The notes below the pieces were generated by a model that saw only the letters and a list, made by a program, of their open reading frames with translations, made no database searches and had not been told where the DNA came from. The position numbers and the translations under genes are program-made. Positions 1-10,717 of a stretch of DNA of 64,000 bases are shown one piece after another. This DNA is from Mytilus edulis (Eukaryota). Numbering within the stretch: the stretch's first letter is position 1; every line of letters starts with the position of its first letter. Location: positions 20,243,307 to 20,307,306 of the forward strand of contig NC_092353.1 in assembly GCF_963676685.1 (NCBI RefSeq), written 5' to 3'.

Positions 1-384
1 AATGTTGGAATCATCAGTTCCTTTACATTTGTATTAGGTTTGGAGTACAAATTAAAAACAGAGAAAGACATTGCTATATTTAATTTTAATTCATTTTTCA
101 GCAGTCAACAAACATTTTTATTGATACAAAAGTATTTACACACCACCAGACCTAGGCCAAGCCATTCCATAATACTGTACTGCAGCAAGGAACATTTAGA
201 AGGCTGACAATGATCACAGTTTTCTGTGATCTATTTTGAGGTGATACTATGTGAGTAACTTGTCATATCCCTTGATGACTTAGCTTCAAGCTCCAATAGT
301 TGACTGAAAGTCATTGTTCAATAATGGCTCAGCACTATATATATAATCCATTATATCCTCATCACTCACACTGTAGTAGCACAG

Positions 385-596
385 TCATCCATTTGCACAT
401 TGTAGCATTCTTTTTACATTGCAATCCATTTTCAATTTACCTCTGAGTTTTTCAAATTCAATTGCTGATACCATGTTAAGTGTATAGCCTTTCAGATCAT
501 TCTTTGCAGAAATACATTTTCTATGTTGTTTATTCTCAGCCTGATATTTGTATGCTTCATTGACCATTTGATCTATTTCTTTTGACCCCAAACGAC
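385..596 (-). CDS. HSP70-family C-terminal lid exon, second copy ([24 protein letters not shown]…NMVSAIEFEKLRGKLKMDCNVKRML…). 3' boundary uncertain.
   Basis: Acceptor tatttag|GTCGTTTGGGG at 597, identical to the junction at 2755. Homology to HSP70 KEEIERMVxEAEKYKAEDE…NM…EDEKLxGKI. The ORF ends ~385 with a possible donor gtgagt. Confidence 0.55.
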
Positions 597-604
597 CTAA
601 ATAA

Positions 605-2056
605 CAAAGTTAAAATTGAACCAGATGCACCGCAGGGCGCAGCTTTATACGACCGCAGAGGTCGAACCCTGAACAGTTGGGGCAAGTATGGACGCAACAT
701 TTAAGCTTGATACAGCTCTGAATTTGGATTGTGATTAAATAGTTGACACAAAATAGGTTTCTGACACAGAATGAATGTGGTCTAAGAATTTAAACTTAAA
801 AACTTGGGCATTTACCTATTATGGTCCAATATCCAAAATCTAAATACATGGTTAGATTCAGCATATCATAGAACCCCAAGAATTCAATTTTTGATGAAAT
901 CAAATAATGTTCAATTTTAGACCCTTTAGACCTCAATGTGGATCAATTTGATAACTGGGCCCAAATATTAAAAATCTAAATACATGGTTAGATTCAGCAT
1001 ATTGAAGAACCCCATATATTCCATTTTTGTTGAAATCAAACAAAGTTTAATTTTTGACCCTTTGGACCTAAATGTAGACTAATTTGGAAACAGGACAATA
1101 CTGTGCAATTAAATATTTCTTGCTATTGCCCAAAACTGTGCAATTGAAAATTTTTTGCTATTGCGCAATATTGTGCAATTAGATATTTCTTGCTATTGCA
1201 CAGTACTGTGCAATTGAAGATTTCTTGCTATTGCACAATACTGTGCAATTGAAGATTTCTTGCTATTGGGCAATACTGTGCAATTGAAAACTTCTTGCTA
1301 TTGCACAATACTGTGCAATTGAAGATTTCTTGCTATTGCGGAATACTGTGCAATTGAAAATTTCTTGCTATTGCACAATACTTAATATAATAATTTTGGA
1401 CCCCAATTTGGACCAACTTGAAAACTGGGCCCATAATCAAAAATCTAAATACATGTTTAGATTCAGCATAATTATCAAAGAACCCAAAGAATTCAATTTT
1501 TGTTAAAATCAAGCTAAGTTTAATTTTGGACCCTTTGGACCTTAGTGTAGACCAATTTGAAAACAGGACCCAAAATTAAGAATCTGAATACACAGTTACA
1601 TTTGGCATATCAAAGAACCCCAATAATTCATTTTTTGATGAAATCAAACAAAGTTTAATTTTGGACCCTTTTGGCCCCTAATTCCTAAACTGTTGGGACC
1701 CAAACTCCCAAAATCAATCCCAACCTTCCTTTTGTGGTCATAGACCTAATGTTAAAATTTCATAGATTTCTGTTTACTTGTACTAAAGTTATTGTGCTAA
1801 AACCAAGAAAAAAATGCTTATTTGGGCCCTTTTTGGCCCCTTTTTCCTAAACTGTTGGGACCAAAACACCCAAAATGAATCACAACCTTCCTTTTATGGT
1901 CATTTACCTTGTGTTTAAATTTCATAGATTTCTATTTACTTTTACTAAAGTTAGAGTGCAAAAACCAAATGTCTTCGGACTACGACGACGACAACGCCAA
2001 CCTGATACCAATATATGACCAAATTTTTTTCAATTTTTGCAGTCGTATAAAAAAAA
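605..2056. mobile_element. Composite non-autonomous element, family A. Head …CCAGATGCACCGCAGGGCGCAGCTTTATACGACCGCAGAGGTCGAACCCTGAAC…; internal ~100-bp and 40-bp minisatellites; 3' end with (GACGAC)n and terminal hairpin …TTTGCAGTCGTATAAAAAAAA. Inserted in HSP70 intron.
   Basis: The empty-site sequence is preserved in the paralogous intron copy at 2760-2800 (gttaataaaaaaatcaaaaaatca|acagtattttt), so this is a precise insertion without TSD between A and T. Same head/tail also at 26975/29258, 29935/31590 and 45733/47805. Confidence 0.65.
1100..1385. repeat. ~40-bp minisatellite (ACTGTGCAATTGAAGATTTCTTGCTATTGCACAAT)n inside the family A element. Related array at 30480-30660.
   Basis: Direct inspection. 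Confidence 0.8.
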
Positions 2057-2220
2057 TCAGCAGTTATTTTCATTGCAATATATTATGAATTTTCTCATTA
2101 TACTTTTGTTATTATGATAGAGTTAAAATTGATATATTAGGATTATATAATGACAAAAAGATTAAGAACTGTATGACAATTTTTGGCATTTGTGGTCAAC
2201 TAATAATTAAAAATCCTTAC

Positions 2221-2754
2221 CTTTGTCATTGGTAATGGTAAGGCTATTCCTCTTTCCAGTAATCATATCTTCTGCAGAAATTGTCAAAATACCATTGGCA
2301 TCAATATCAAAGGTGACAACAATCTGAGGTACTCCTTTTGGTGCAGCAGGTATTCCTGTCAGAACAAATGTTCCAAGAGAGTTATTGTTCTTGGCCAAAG
2401 TTCTCTCCCCTTCATAAACCTGAATAAACACATTGATCTGGTAGTCCTCTGAAGTAGTGAACGTCTGGCTCTTTCTAGAAGGAACTGTTGTATTACGTTT
2501 GATAACAGGTGTCATATGACCACAGACTGTTTCTATACCAAGAGATATTGGAGTGACATCTATCAAAAGTAGGTTTTGTATTTTTTCGATTCTGTAAACT
2601 TCATGTTTTTCAAAATCAATTGCTGATACCATATTAAGTGTATAGCCTTTCAAAGCATTCTTTGCAGAAATACATTTTCCCTGTTGTTCATCCTCAGCCT
2701 TGAATTTCTCTGCTTCATTGACCATTTTATTTATTTCTTTTGACCCCAAACGAC
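2221..2754 (-). CDS. Chimeric HSP70 exon: truncated C-terminal lid exon ([23 protein letters not shown]…[12 protein letters not shown]) fused in frame to a second copy of the SBD exon ([24 protein letters not shown]…ITNDKG). Possible pseudogene or internal duplication.
   Basis: Continuous 534-nt ORF. Acceptor ttctttag|GTCGTTTGG at 2755 gives G-RLGSKEI, joining the phase-1 donor of the upstream exon. Donor AAAG|gtaagg at 2220. The fusion point [11 protein letters not shown] lacks the sequence that follows in the other copies. Confidence 0.55.
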
Positions 2755-2964
2755 CTAAAGAACAAAGTTAATAAAAAAATCAAAAAATCAACAGTATTTT
2801 TCATTGCAATATATTTCCAATTTCCTCACTATTAAAAATTCTTTTGTTATTATGATAAAGTTATAATTGATATTTTAGGATTATATAATGACAAAAAGAT
2901 GAAGAACTGCAAAACAAACAGTAATGCTGTATTTTTTGGCATTTGTAGTCAACTAATCATTAAC

Positions 2965-3235
2965 AAGAATGTGTCCATAGTACACGGATGCCCCACTCGC
3001 ACTATCATTTTCAATGTTCAGTGGACCTTGAAATTGTGGTCACAAATCTAATTTGGCATTAAAAGTAGAAAGATACCATTGTACATAGGAAACATGTGTA
3101 CAAAGTTTCAAGTTGATTGGACGTCAACTTGACCAAACTCTTTAACCTGAAGTGGGACAGACAGACGAATGAATGCACAGACCAGAAAACATAATGCCCC
3201 TACTATTGTAGGTGGGGCATAAAAATCCCTACCTT
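2965..3235. mobile_element. SINE/MITE-like element with 3' hairpin (…CATAATGCCCC-TACTATTGTAGGT-GGGGCATAAAA) inserted in HSP70 intron. Homologous copy at 53975-54245; related hairpin-ended elements at 42395-42560 and 58620-59225.
   Basis: Absent from the paralogous intron copy (2057-2220). ~80% identical to 53975-54245. Confidence 0.6.
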
Positions 3236-3634
3236 TGTCATTGGTAATGGTAAGGCTATTCCTCTTTCCAGTAAGTGTATCTTCTGCAGAAATTGTCAAA
3301 ATACCATTGGCATCAATATCAAAGGTGACAACAATCTGAGGTACCCCTTTCGGTGCAGCAGGTATTCCAGTCAGAACAAATTTTCCCAGAGAGTTATTGT
3401 TCTTGGTCAAAGTTCTCTCCCCTTCATAAACCTGAATTAACACACTGATCTGGTAGTCCTCTGAAGTAGTGAACGTCTGACTCTTTCTAGTAGGAACTGT
3501 TGTATTACGTTTGATAACAGGTGTCATGTGACAATTGCCTGTTTCTATACCAAGCGACAGTGGTGTGACATCTAACAATAGTAAGTCTTGTATTTTTTCT
3601 CTTCTGTAAACTGGTGACCTGGCTGCCTGTTCAG
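3233..3634 (-). CDS. HSP70-family exon encoding the substrate-binding domain, copy 1 (…[15 protein letters not shown]…[17 protein letters not shown]…ITNDKG)
   Basis: Translation matches the HSP70 SBD beta-sandwich almost residue for residue. Acceptor tattatag|CTGAACAGG at 3635; donor GACAAAG|gtaggg at 3232, phase 1. Confidence 0.75.
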
Positions 3635-4306
3635 CTATAATATACAACATAAAATGAGAGGACTTAATTTTACAATCAATACTACTGGTTACAAAATTAA
3701 AAGTGATCATTAAAATAAAGTATTGTTGTTGTTGTTGGTATAACATTTTGCTTTAGGCCAATTGAAATGATATTTGTGGGTCCTGTTACATAAGATAAAA
3801 AAATTAGGGCATTTTTTTTGTATTGAATACATAGAGTACATATTGTCATTTTAATAGCACTCATTCAAATATACCCCCAATCTTTAGGGTAGCTTCCCAA
3901 AACAAAGAAATGGTAGAGAAAGCATAATAGAAGATATCTTTTTCTATGGCCTCACAAAAGGAAGATTTTTGTTTTGGTTTTCTTTTTTGTGAGTTTTGTA
4001 GACTGTTATCTGTCTTTAGGTCCTTTTTGTTTTTGCCATGGTGTCATCAGTTTTGAAATCAATTGCAATTGGTATAATCTACCTCTCATTTGAAACTAAG
4101 CAAATAAATTTTGAATTACAACAAATTCTTTCTTTAAGGGCCTAAACTTCTGAATGGAAAACAATTGCAATTTGATCACAACAGTTTGTTCAAGGTGATG
4201 GCTGATTGAAAATTCTAAAGTTTCCTTCTGTACTCTCATATATACTAAGACATAAAATTTTCCACATACAAATGCATGTATCATTCAATGGTAAAAACAG
4301 CTTCCA

Positions 4307-4987
4307 CTAATTTAAACACACAATGAACTGACCATTTGAAAAATTTCCAATATTTGGAATACTTAAAATATATATACTTAATTTACTCATACCATTTCTT
4401 TTTGTTTTTCTTTCAACGAAAGCAGCTCTTCTTTCATTTCTTATCTTTTCTCTCTCTCTTTCATTTTCTTCTAGTTTCTGTTTATTTTCTAGTTCCAATT
4501 GCCTTATTTCTTCTCTCCACCTGGATTCATTAGCCTGTCTTCTTCTTTCACACTGTTGTCTCTCCAACCGTTCTTGATCTAACGTTCTCCTTTTCTTTTC
4601 AGAACGCTTTTCATCTTCCCTTCCTCTGTCTTCCTTAGTACTGTGATCAATAATTTGTTTTTGTTCCTCTTGCCTTATTTCTTCTCTCCATCTGGCTTCA
4701 TCATCCTGCCTTTTTCTTTCACACCTCTGCTCCTTCAACCCTTCTTTATTTAATGTTCTCTTTTTCTTTTCATCATCCCTTCCTCTGTCTTCCTTGGTAC
4801 TGTGATAAATCATTCTTTTTTGTTCCTCTTGCCTTCTTTCTTCCTCCTTTATATTTTTTCTATATCTCTGCTCTTCATCAGATCCAAATGAAGGAGGTGA
4901 AAAGGATGAGAAATTTCTATCTTTATTCCTATCTGTTTCCGTATCAATTCTCCCATTACTAGTAGTGCTTACTTTGTAGGATTTCAC
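4307..4987 (-). CDS. Hypothetical highly charged (Glu/Arg/Lys/Gln-rich) protein ORF with two ~55-aa internal tandem repeats (…EEQKRMIYHSTKEDRGRDDEKKKRTLNKEGLKEQRCERKRQDDEARWREEIRQ… ×2). Exon may end at donor AGAAATG|gtatgag ~4400.
   Basis: 681-nt ORF with clear internal protein-level repeat. No family recognised. Low complexity. Confidence 0.3.
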   Translation of the reverse strand: MKSYKVSTTSNGRIDTETDRNKDRNFSSFSPPSFGSDEEQRYRKNIKEEERRQEEQKRMIYHSTKEDRGRDDEKKKRTLNKEGLKEQRCERKRQDDEARWREEIRQEEQKQIIDHSTKEDRGREDEKRSEKKRRTLDQERLERQQCERRRQANESRWREEIRQLELENKQKLEENEREREKIRNERRAAFVERKTKRNGMSKLSIYILSIPNIGNFSNGQFIVCLN

Positions 4988-5269
4988 AGCAGCCTGGACA
5001 GATTCTATCCCTATATTCTCTCCTCTGAAAATTTAATCATCAGATGAGAAAAGGCATATAAACAAGCTTTTATTTGTAACTTTATAGACACTGACTGTTC
5101 AAGAGCTGAAAATATTGTAAAGAAACACATCTATTGACATAACTGTCAAAGACTTAAAATAAGTTTTGTATCACCCAATCTATGGCACTATTTCATATAT
5201 TATGGGTCAAGTGCATTGCATACATTGGCCTTCTTAGTATTTTGAAAGAAGCAGCATATAAAGGGGATC

Positions 5270-5515
5270 TCATTGGGGGGTTCCGATCCCGGATCCCGCT
5301 TACTGTTTTGTCAGATTCCCGTATCCCGCTTACTGTTTTGTCAGATTCCCGTATCCCGCTTACACTATGTACGTAAGCAATTCTCATTTTTTTGTCATTT
5401 CCCAGGTCCCGCAAAACCTCATTTCCCGTTTTCACGCCACAATAATTTGACTTTCACGTGTCACGCTTACAAAAAATGGGCAATCCCGCGTCAGGCTTAG
5501 ACCCCAATGAGACCC
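5270..5515. mobile_element. SINE-like interspersed repeat (GGGGGGTTCCGATCCCGGATCCCGC… with B-box-like GGTTCCGATCC). Second copy 34962-35200 in PARP4 intron.
   Basis: ~85% identity between the two copies over ~240 bp. Confidence 0.5.
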
Positions 5516-8500
5516 ACTATAAATATATTGTTTTATTTTTTTCATTACAAATGATATCAGATACACTTTAAATATAAAAATAATAAATTCCTGCATATTT
5601 TTTCCAAAATTAAAATGACTCATTTAACTTTTTTTTCCATGCAAGGTCTGTTAAGCTTTAGGAGAACTTTTAAAAGAAATATCAATCTACATCAACTTAC
5701 TGTTTTACACTGTCTCTAATGACTGAAATATGCTTGTTGATACTGTAGCTTCCTCTTTGCACTGTTGATATAAGTGTATGGTATAAACAATGTAACGTGA
5801 CGGTACCCAAATTGCACCTATTTTGACAGTTTTTTCACCTACTTTTTTTTATGATAAAGACAAAAATGTCCATTCTGTTTTTATTTTGTAGCCGTATCCT
5901 TCTCTAATATATAGGTATACCAATTTGATTTATAATCCATATGGAATTATACAAAAATTGGTCTAAACTGACCTCCAAACCATCAATTATTCTGAAATGA
6001 GGAGTACCCAAATTGCATCCATGCTTAAATTCGCATCGTCAAAAGTCAAATAACAGAGCTTTAGTTTAATTTCTTCAAATATTTTGAACAATTGGATATT
6101 AGTCCATGCTTACTCGTCATTTTTTTTTAAATGGATACTTGTAACATATTGTATTTGATCATTTTAAAAAGATGACGTTTTGATGTTTCAGTACATTTCG
6201 CTTTTTCAGTAAACACTTCATCTATTGATAAATACTGTGAACGTTTTGTGCATATCTAAATATTTTAACCTATGTTGAAAGATGTGCATAGTATCAAATC
6301 ATAATCAAAGCACCAAAGGGTGCTATAGGCAGTTAATCAAAAACCCAAAGGCAAACTTGGCCACATTCAGATGAATAGTGTAAAGAATTAGTCAAAATAT
6401 TTATCTCAGGCATTGTTCTCAGCTATTTCTAAAGTATCAAATAATGCTTGTACAGTAATGTTTATGTTATGCAATCCTACCACTTTCAAAAGTTATTTCC
6501 AATTCATATTTATAAAGATTCAATGTTTGAGATTATACACATACACTGTCCTATTATAGGGGAGAGTTTTGTGCCAGTTAAGATGTTTAAGCCGCCACAT
6601 TCTGTATGTACCTGTCCATAGTGAGGACCCACGAATGCGGTGATTGTTGCTGTATATCATATTTATTTTTCATAATTGTTTTGTACATTTTTTTTAAATT
6701 TTATTAATTTCTTGTGTATATTTCTGATTTTAGTATGATGTCCAAGTTATTGTAAATGCTCTTTTGTTCCGACGTTGGAAAGTTCCAGGCGGAAAGAACT
6801 AACTAGACAAAAAGTTCTCCAGAACTTATTAACTACATTGTAGTTACTTTGTTCTTCCTCTGGTTTAAAAGTTCCACCTGAACAAGTGACTAGTTGAAAT
6901 AGTTTACATTTTTGTTATCATGGTTATTATGTTAAGGGGCCAGCAAAAGCAATCCTTTGGGTGTAGGAGTTTCTCCCTGCATTAATGATCCATTGGTAAC
7001 CTTCGACTGTTGTCTGCTCTAAGATCTGGTTATTGTCTCTATGACACATTCCCCATTTTCACTGTCTTTTTTTACGTCTCAAATTATAACTGAATTAAAA
7101 TATGTTGATTACAGTTTAAGTGTCTTCCATTACTAATATCATAATAAAAAAACATTTATTTAAACTTTCAATAACTGTAATAGTAAGAATTAAGAAAAAA
7201 CTTGTTTGTAACTTCAACTTGTTGAAAACATATTAAACGTTTCTCGAGTCTCGTTAGTCGACTCGTTACCTTTTTATCGTATCATGCGATTTCTTTTCTT
7301 ATTATTTTTCATGGGGAAATTGTTTACCAGCATAAAGTTGCTGAAGGAACCGCATAGAATTGATTCAATAACACTTAACGAGTGTTTAAATGTGAAAAAT
7401 TATAAAAAGAAACATAAAAAAAGTCGTATTTTTCTGTACTGGAAATGGAAAAGTCCTTGTAAATCAAAAACAATTACGGTGTGATACGCGTCACAGATTC
7501 GGACTTTTAAAATATTTTACAAAATATATGCGACTTTGAAGTTAAATAATTAGAAAACAGTTGTTAAAGTTTACATCACAATATTTATTGAACCACATCG
7601 AGCTTAATCAAAGCACGTGTAGCATTATGTTACATTGTACACAAAAGCGAAACAATCTTAAAATGACCTTGACATCGACCAATCAGAAAACTACAATAAC
7701 AACAACTTAATTTGACAAGCATGAAGGTGATTTGCTAGAAATCGGAATAATATTAACAAGAAAACAAATGAGCATACATTAAAGATTACTGAATAAAGAT
7801 GATTTAAATAATCTCAATCAGACAAAAAAAACGAATAAAATGATTAATAATAAAGTACCTATGTACAATGTATCATCAGAATTCTCCCAATTTAAAAGGT
7901 ACGTAAATTTCGTCTTCTATGTACTTTGAAATTGCCGCCAACTTATATCAGCTTATTAATAGACTACTGACGTATGTTATACGTATCGATGACAAACAAT
8001 ATTCCTACGACTTTTGCCATCTGGGAAATGTAAACGACTCATCTTTATAGATTTTCAGCGATCAAATATTTCATACAATTGTTCTTTGACATCTTTGCCC
8101 ACAGCACAGGGGGTAATAAACTATAAAAGGATTTCTATCGAGCACTACTTCCTATGTGCAACTTCAAAACTTTTGGGAAAATCGACGACCATTTAACGTT
8201 TTTATTGTAATATTTTTTATATTCAAAAATAAAAAGTATGAAAAAAGTGCCCAATTAGTTATAAATAACATGATAGCCAGCCAGATAATAAAAGTGGCAC
8301 ATATTTCAGCATTTATTGGGTAGAACATAAATCTAGGGTGCTCGCATAAAGCAGCTTAACTGCTTAAAAATACAAATTGTGTAGTCTCTAGGAAATCTTG
8401 TAAGATGTCCGCTTCTATTTTTGCTAAATATGTGCAATTTGGGTACTCGGTGCAATTTGGGTACCGTTACGTTATACCTCGTGTATATCCCAGGAAAATT

Positions 8501-8911
8501 CAAATAATGGAGGAGATTTCTGTCAACGGAAGGGATTGTGCAGAAAGAATTCAGACAAGTAAAGCTATCATGCAGGAGATAATCTGTCAAGGAAAGCTCA
8601 TGTGCAAAAATATTTGGTCAAGGAAAGCTCTTGTGCAGAAAGATAGCACACACAAGGACAAGGCTTCATTTTAATGACCTTAACTACTCATGACGGACTT
8701 GAATGGTCAATTGAACAAAAAGCCTTTATATCTGTATGATTCTGATATAAATGTATCTTTCACAGCAACTTAGTGTACTTTATAACTTTACATGCCAGCC
8801 ACTACAGTGAAATATATGTTTCTATGAATTAAGGTGAATGACAAACTTCTCTGCATTTAATCAAATATAATTCATCTTTCATTTTTGTTTACCCATAATT
8901 ATTTATATGAT

Positions 8912-9118
8912 ACTGTAAATTCAGAAATTATTGCAATGTTTTTATTATTGCGAAAAATGCGGCAGGGTCATATCGCAATAGCTTAAACTCGCATTTTGAA
9001 ATTTTGTATATGAATTAACAAATTTGTCTCAATATTGCATTAATTTTAAAATTGCATTTTATTCTAAAGTGGCAAAATCGCAATAACAAATGCATGCAAT
9101 AGTTTCTGAATTTACAGT
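8912..9118. mobile_element. MITE (~200 bp) with ~23-bp TIRs ACTGTAAATTCAGAAATTATTGC / GCAATAATTTCTGAATTTACAGT. Other copies 26020-26225, 36341-36522, 48212-48412.
   Basis: TIRs are exact reverse complements. Four copies with conserved ends and divergent interiors. Confidence 0.65.
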
Positions 9119-9665
9119 TGTCATTGTGGTGAGAATTTAAAGGTGTACTTTAGAATTGTTAGCAAATTAGTAAAATATAATTATTATTTATATAGTGTGT
9201 ATTTGTAACAACTAAAATTTTAAAAACACCAAGCAATAATGGCCAACATTCGCTATCTCCATTACTTGTCAAAAGTCAAATAACAATCTGCATAGAGAGT
9301 TGCAAACTTTCTAAAAGATGGAGGTACGAGTTAATTGACAAAATTTGTGCAAATCACAAACATAATTGTAAAAACAGAAGATACTGAAAAGTTGTTGTAG
9401 GTGGTCACATGGACAAATAATATCACAAGTTTGTATTAATCTAAATAAAGTAACAAAACAAGGGAACAGTTGTAAGACTGTTGTTCATCAGTGACAACAA
9501 AAGGAGTTGTTGTATTATTATTGTATGGGAATGATTGATTCTTAGCTTAAGTAAGATGCTATCATTGAAATTGTGTATACTTTTCTGAAAAAGACAAAAA
9601 TTCAATACAATGAATGAAGCAATAAAATATTTGATATGTTAAGCATGTAAAAGACTGATTTTTAC

Positions 9666-9750
9666 CTCTTCTTTCAGTAGTAGTGTCAAAAGCTTTCAGT
9701 TTTGAACTTCTTGTCATATTCATTGGTGGAAACATATCATTTTCTTCTTC
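9666..9750 (-). CDS. Candidate exon (EEENDMFPPMNMTRSSKLKAFDTTTERR). Phase-0 compatible with the SNAP-25-like exon at 13098. Assignment uncertain.
   Basis: Clean acceptor aatgttacag|GAAGAAG and donor AAGAAGAG|gtaaaaat. Open frame. No homology recognised. Confidence 0.25.
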
Positions 9751-10717
9751 CTGTAACATTTAATGTAAAAATTATTATTATATCAAAGTTAATTCCTTAT
9801 ATAATGCAACTTTTGGTATGTAATTGGTGAGGATAGGTCAAAGGGTAGATTTTTACTCTTTGGACAGGTTGTTGTCTCTTTGACATAATACACATTTCCA
9901 TTCTCAATTTTATTCGACTAAAGTTATTGAAAAATCTGAAAACTGGTTGAAAGTATGACTGAATCCAGGGGCTCAAATTGAATCCACTGATAGGTATTTA
10001 AAAGTACAAAAATTTCGAAAAAAGAAGCTCAAGATATCTTTAATATAGAACATAATGTTCACTGTAATGAAATTTAAAAAAAAACATTGTTTTGTTCTTT
10101 TCGTGATATGATGATCCTTCAGTAAGACTGACAAGTTTTGATTCTTCAGATTGAGTTGTATTCTCCAATGACTTGTTTCAATCATATTACTTTCAAACCA
10201 ATAAACAAGCTATTATCTCTTTACATGAACCTTTCAGAAAATGTCAGCAAATCAAAAGTCAGTGACTTTCACATCTGTTTTTCCACAAACATAAGCACAA
10301 CAAGTTTAACAAGATTGCTATATCCTAGCAAAATATCCCCTGTGATGTATTGATGTTTAGGGGGCCTTTGTAGCTTCCTGTTCCGTGTGAACAAGGCTCC
10401 ATGTTGAAGACTGTACCTTGACCTATAATGATTTACTTTTATAAAATGTGACTTGAATAGAGAGTTGTCTCATTGGCAATCATACCACATCTTCCTATAT
10501 CTATTAAATTGTGTTCCATACTGTGTCTATGTGAGACCATAGTCATAATATGGTTAAAGTCCTTTAACTCCCCTAATAAAGGGATCATCAAATGGGATCA
10601 ATTAAGGGTCAACTTTGTTAGGAAACTCAAGTCTAAAGTTAAATGGAATTGATTCCTCCTGCCTAATTCTTATATGCTTAGCTCTGATTATACTGTATAA
10701 ACACTGGGGGTTCTTTA

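Noticed and set aside
3635-3746. N-terminal extension of ORF 3108..3746 ([18 protein letters not shown]…)
   Set aside because: Lies upstream of a clear tattatag acceptor at 3635 and has no HSP70 homology. Intronic read-through.
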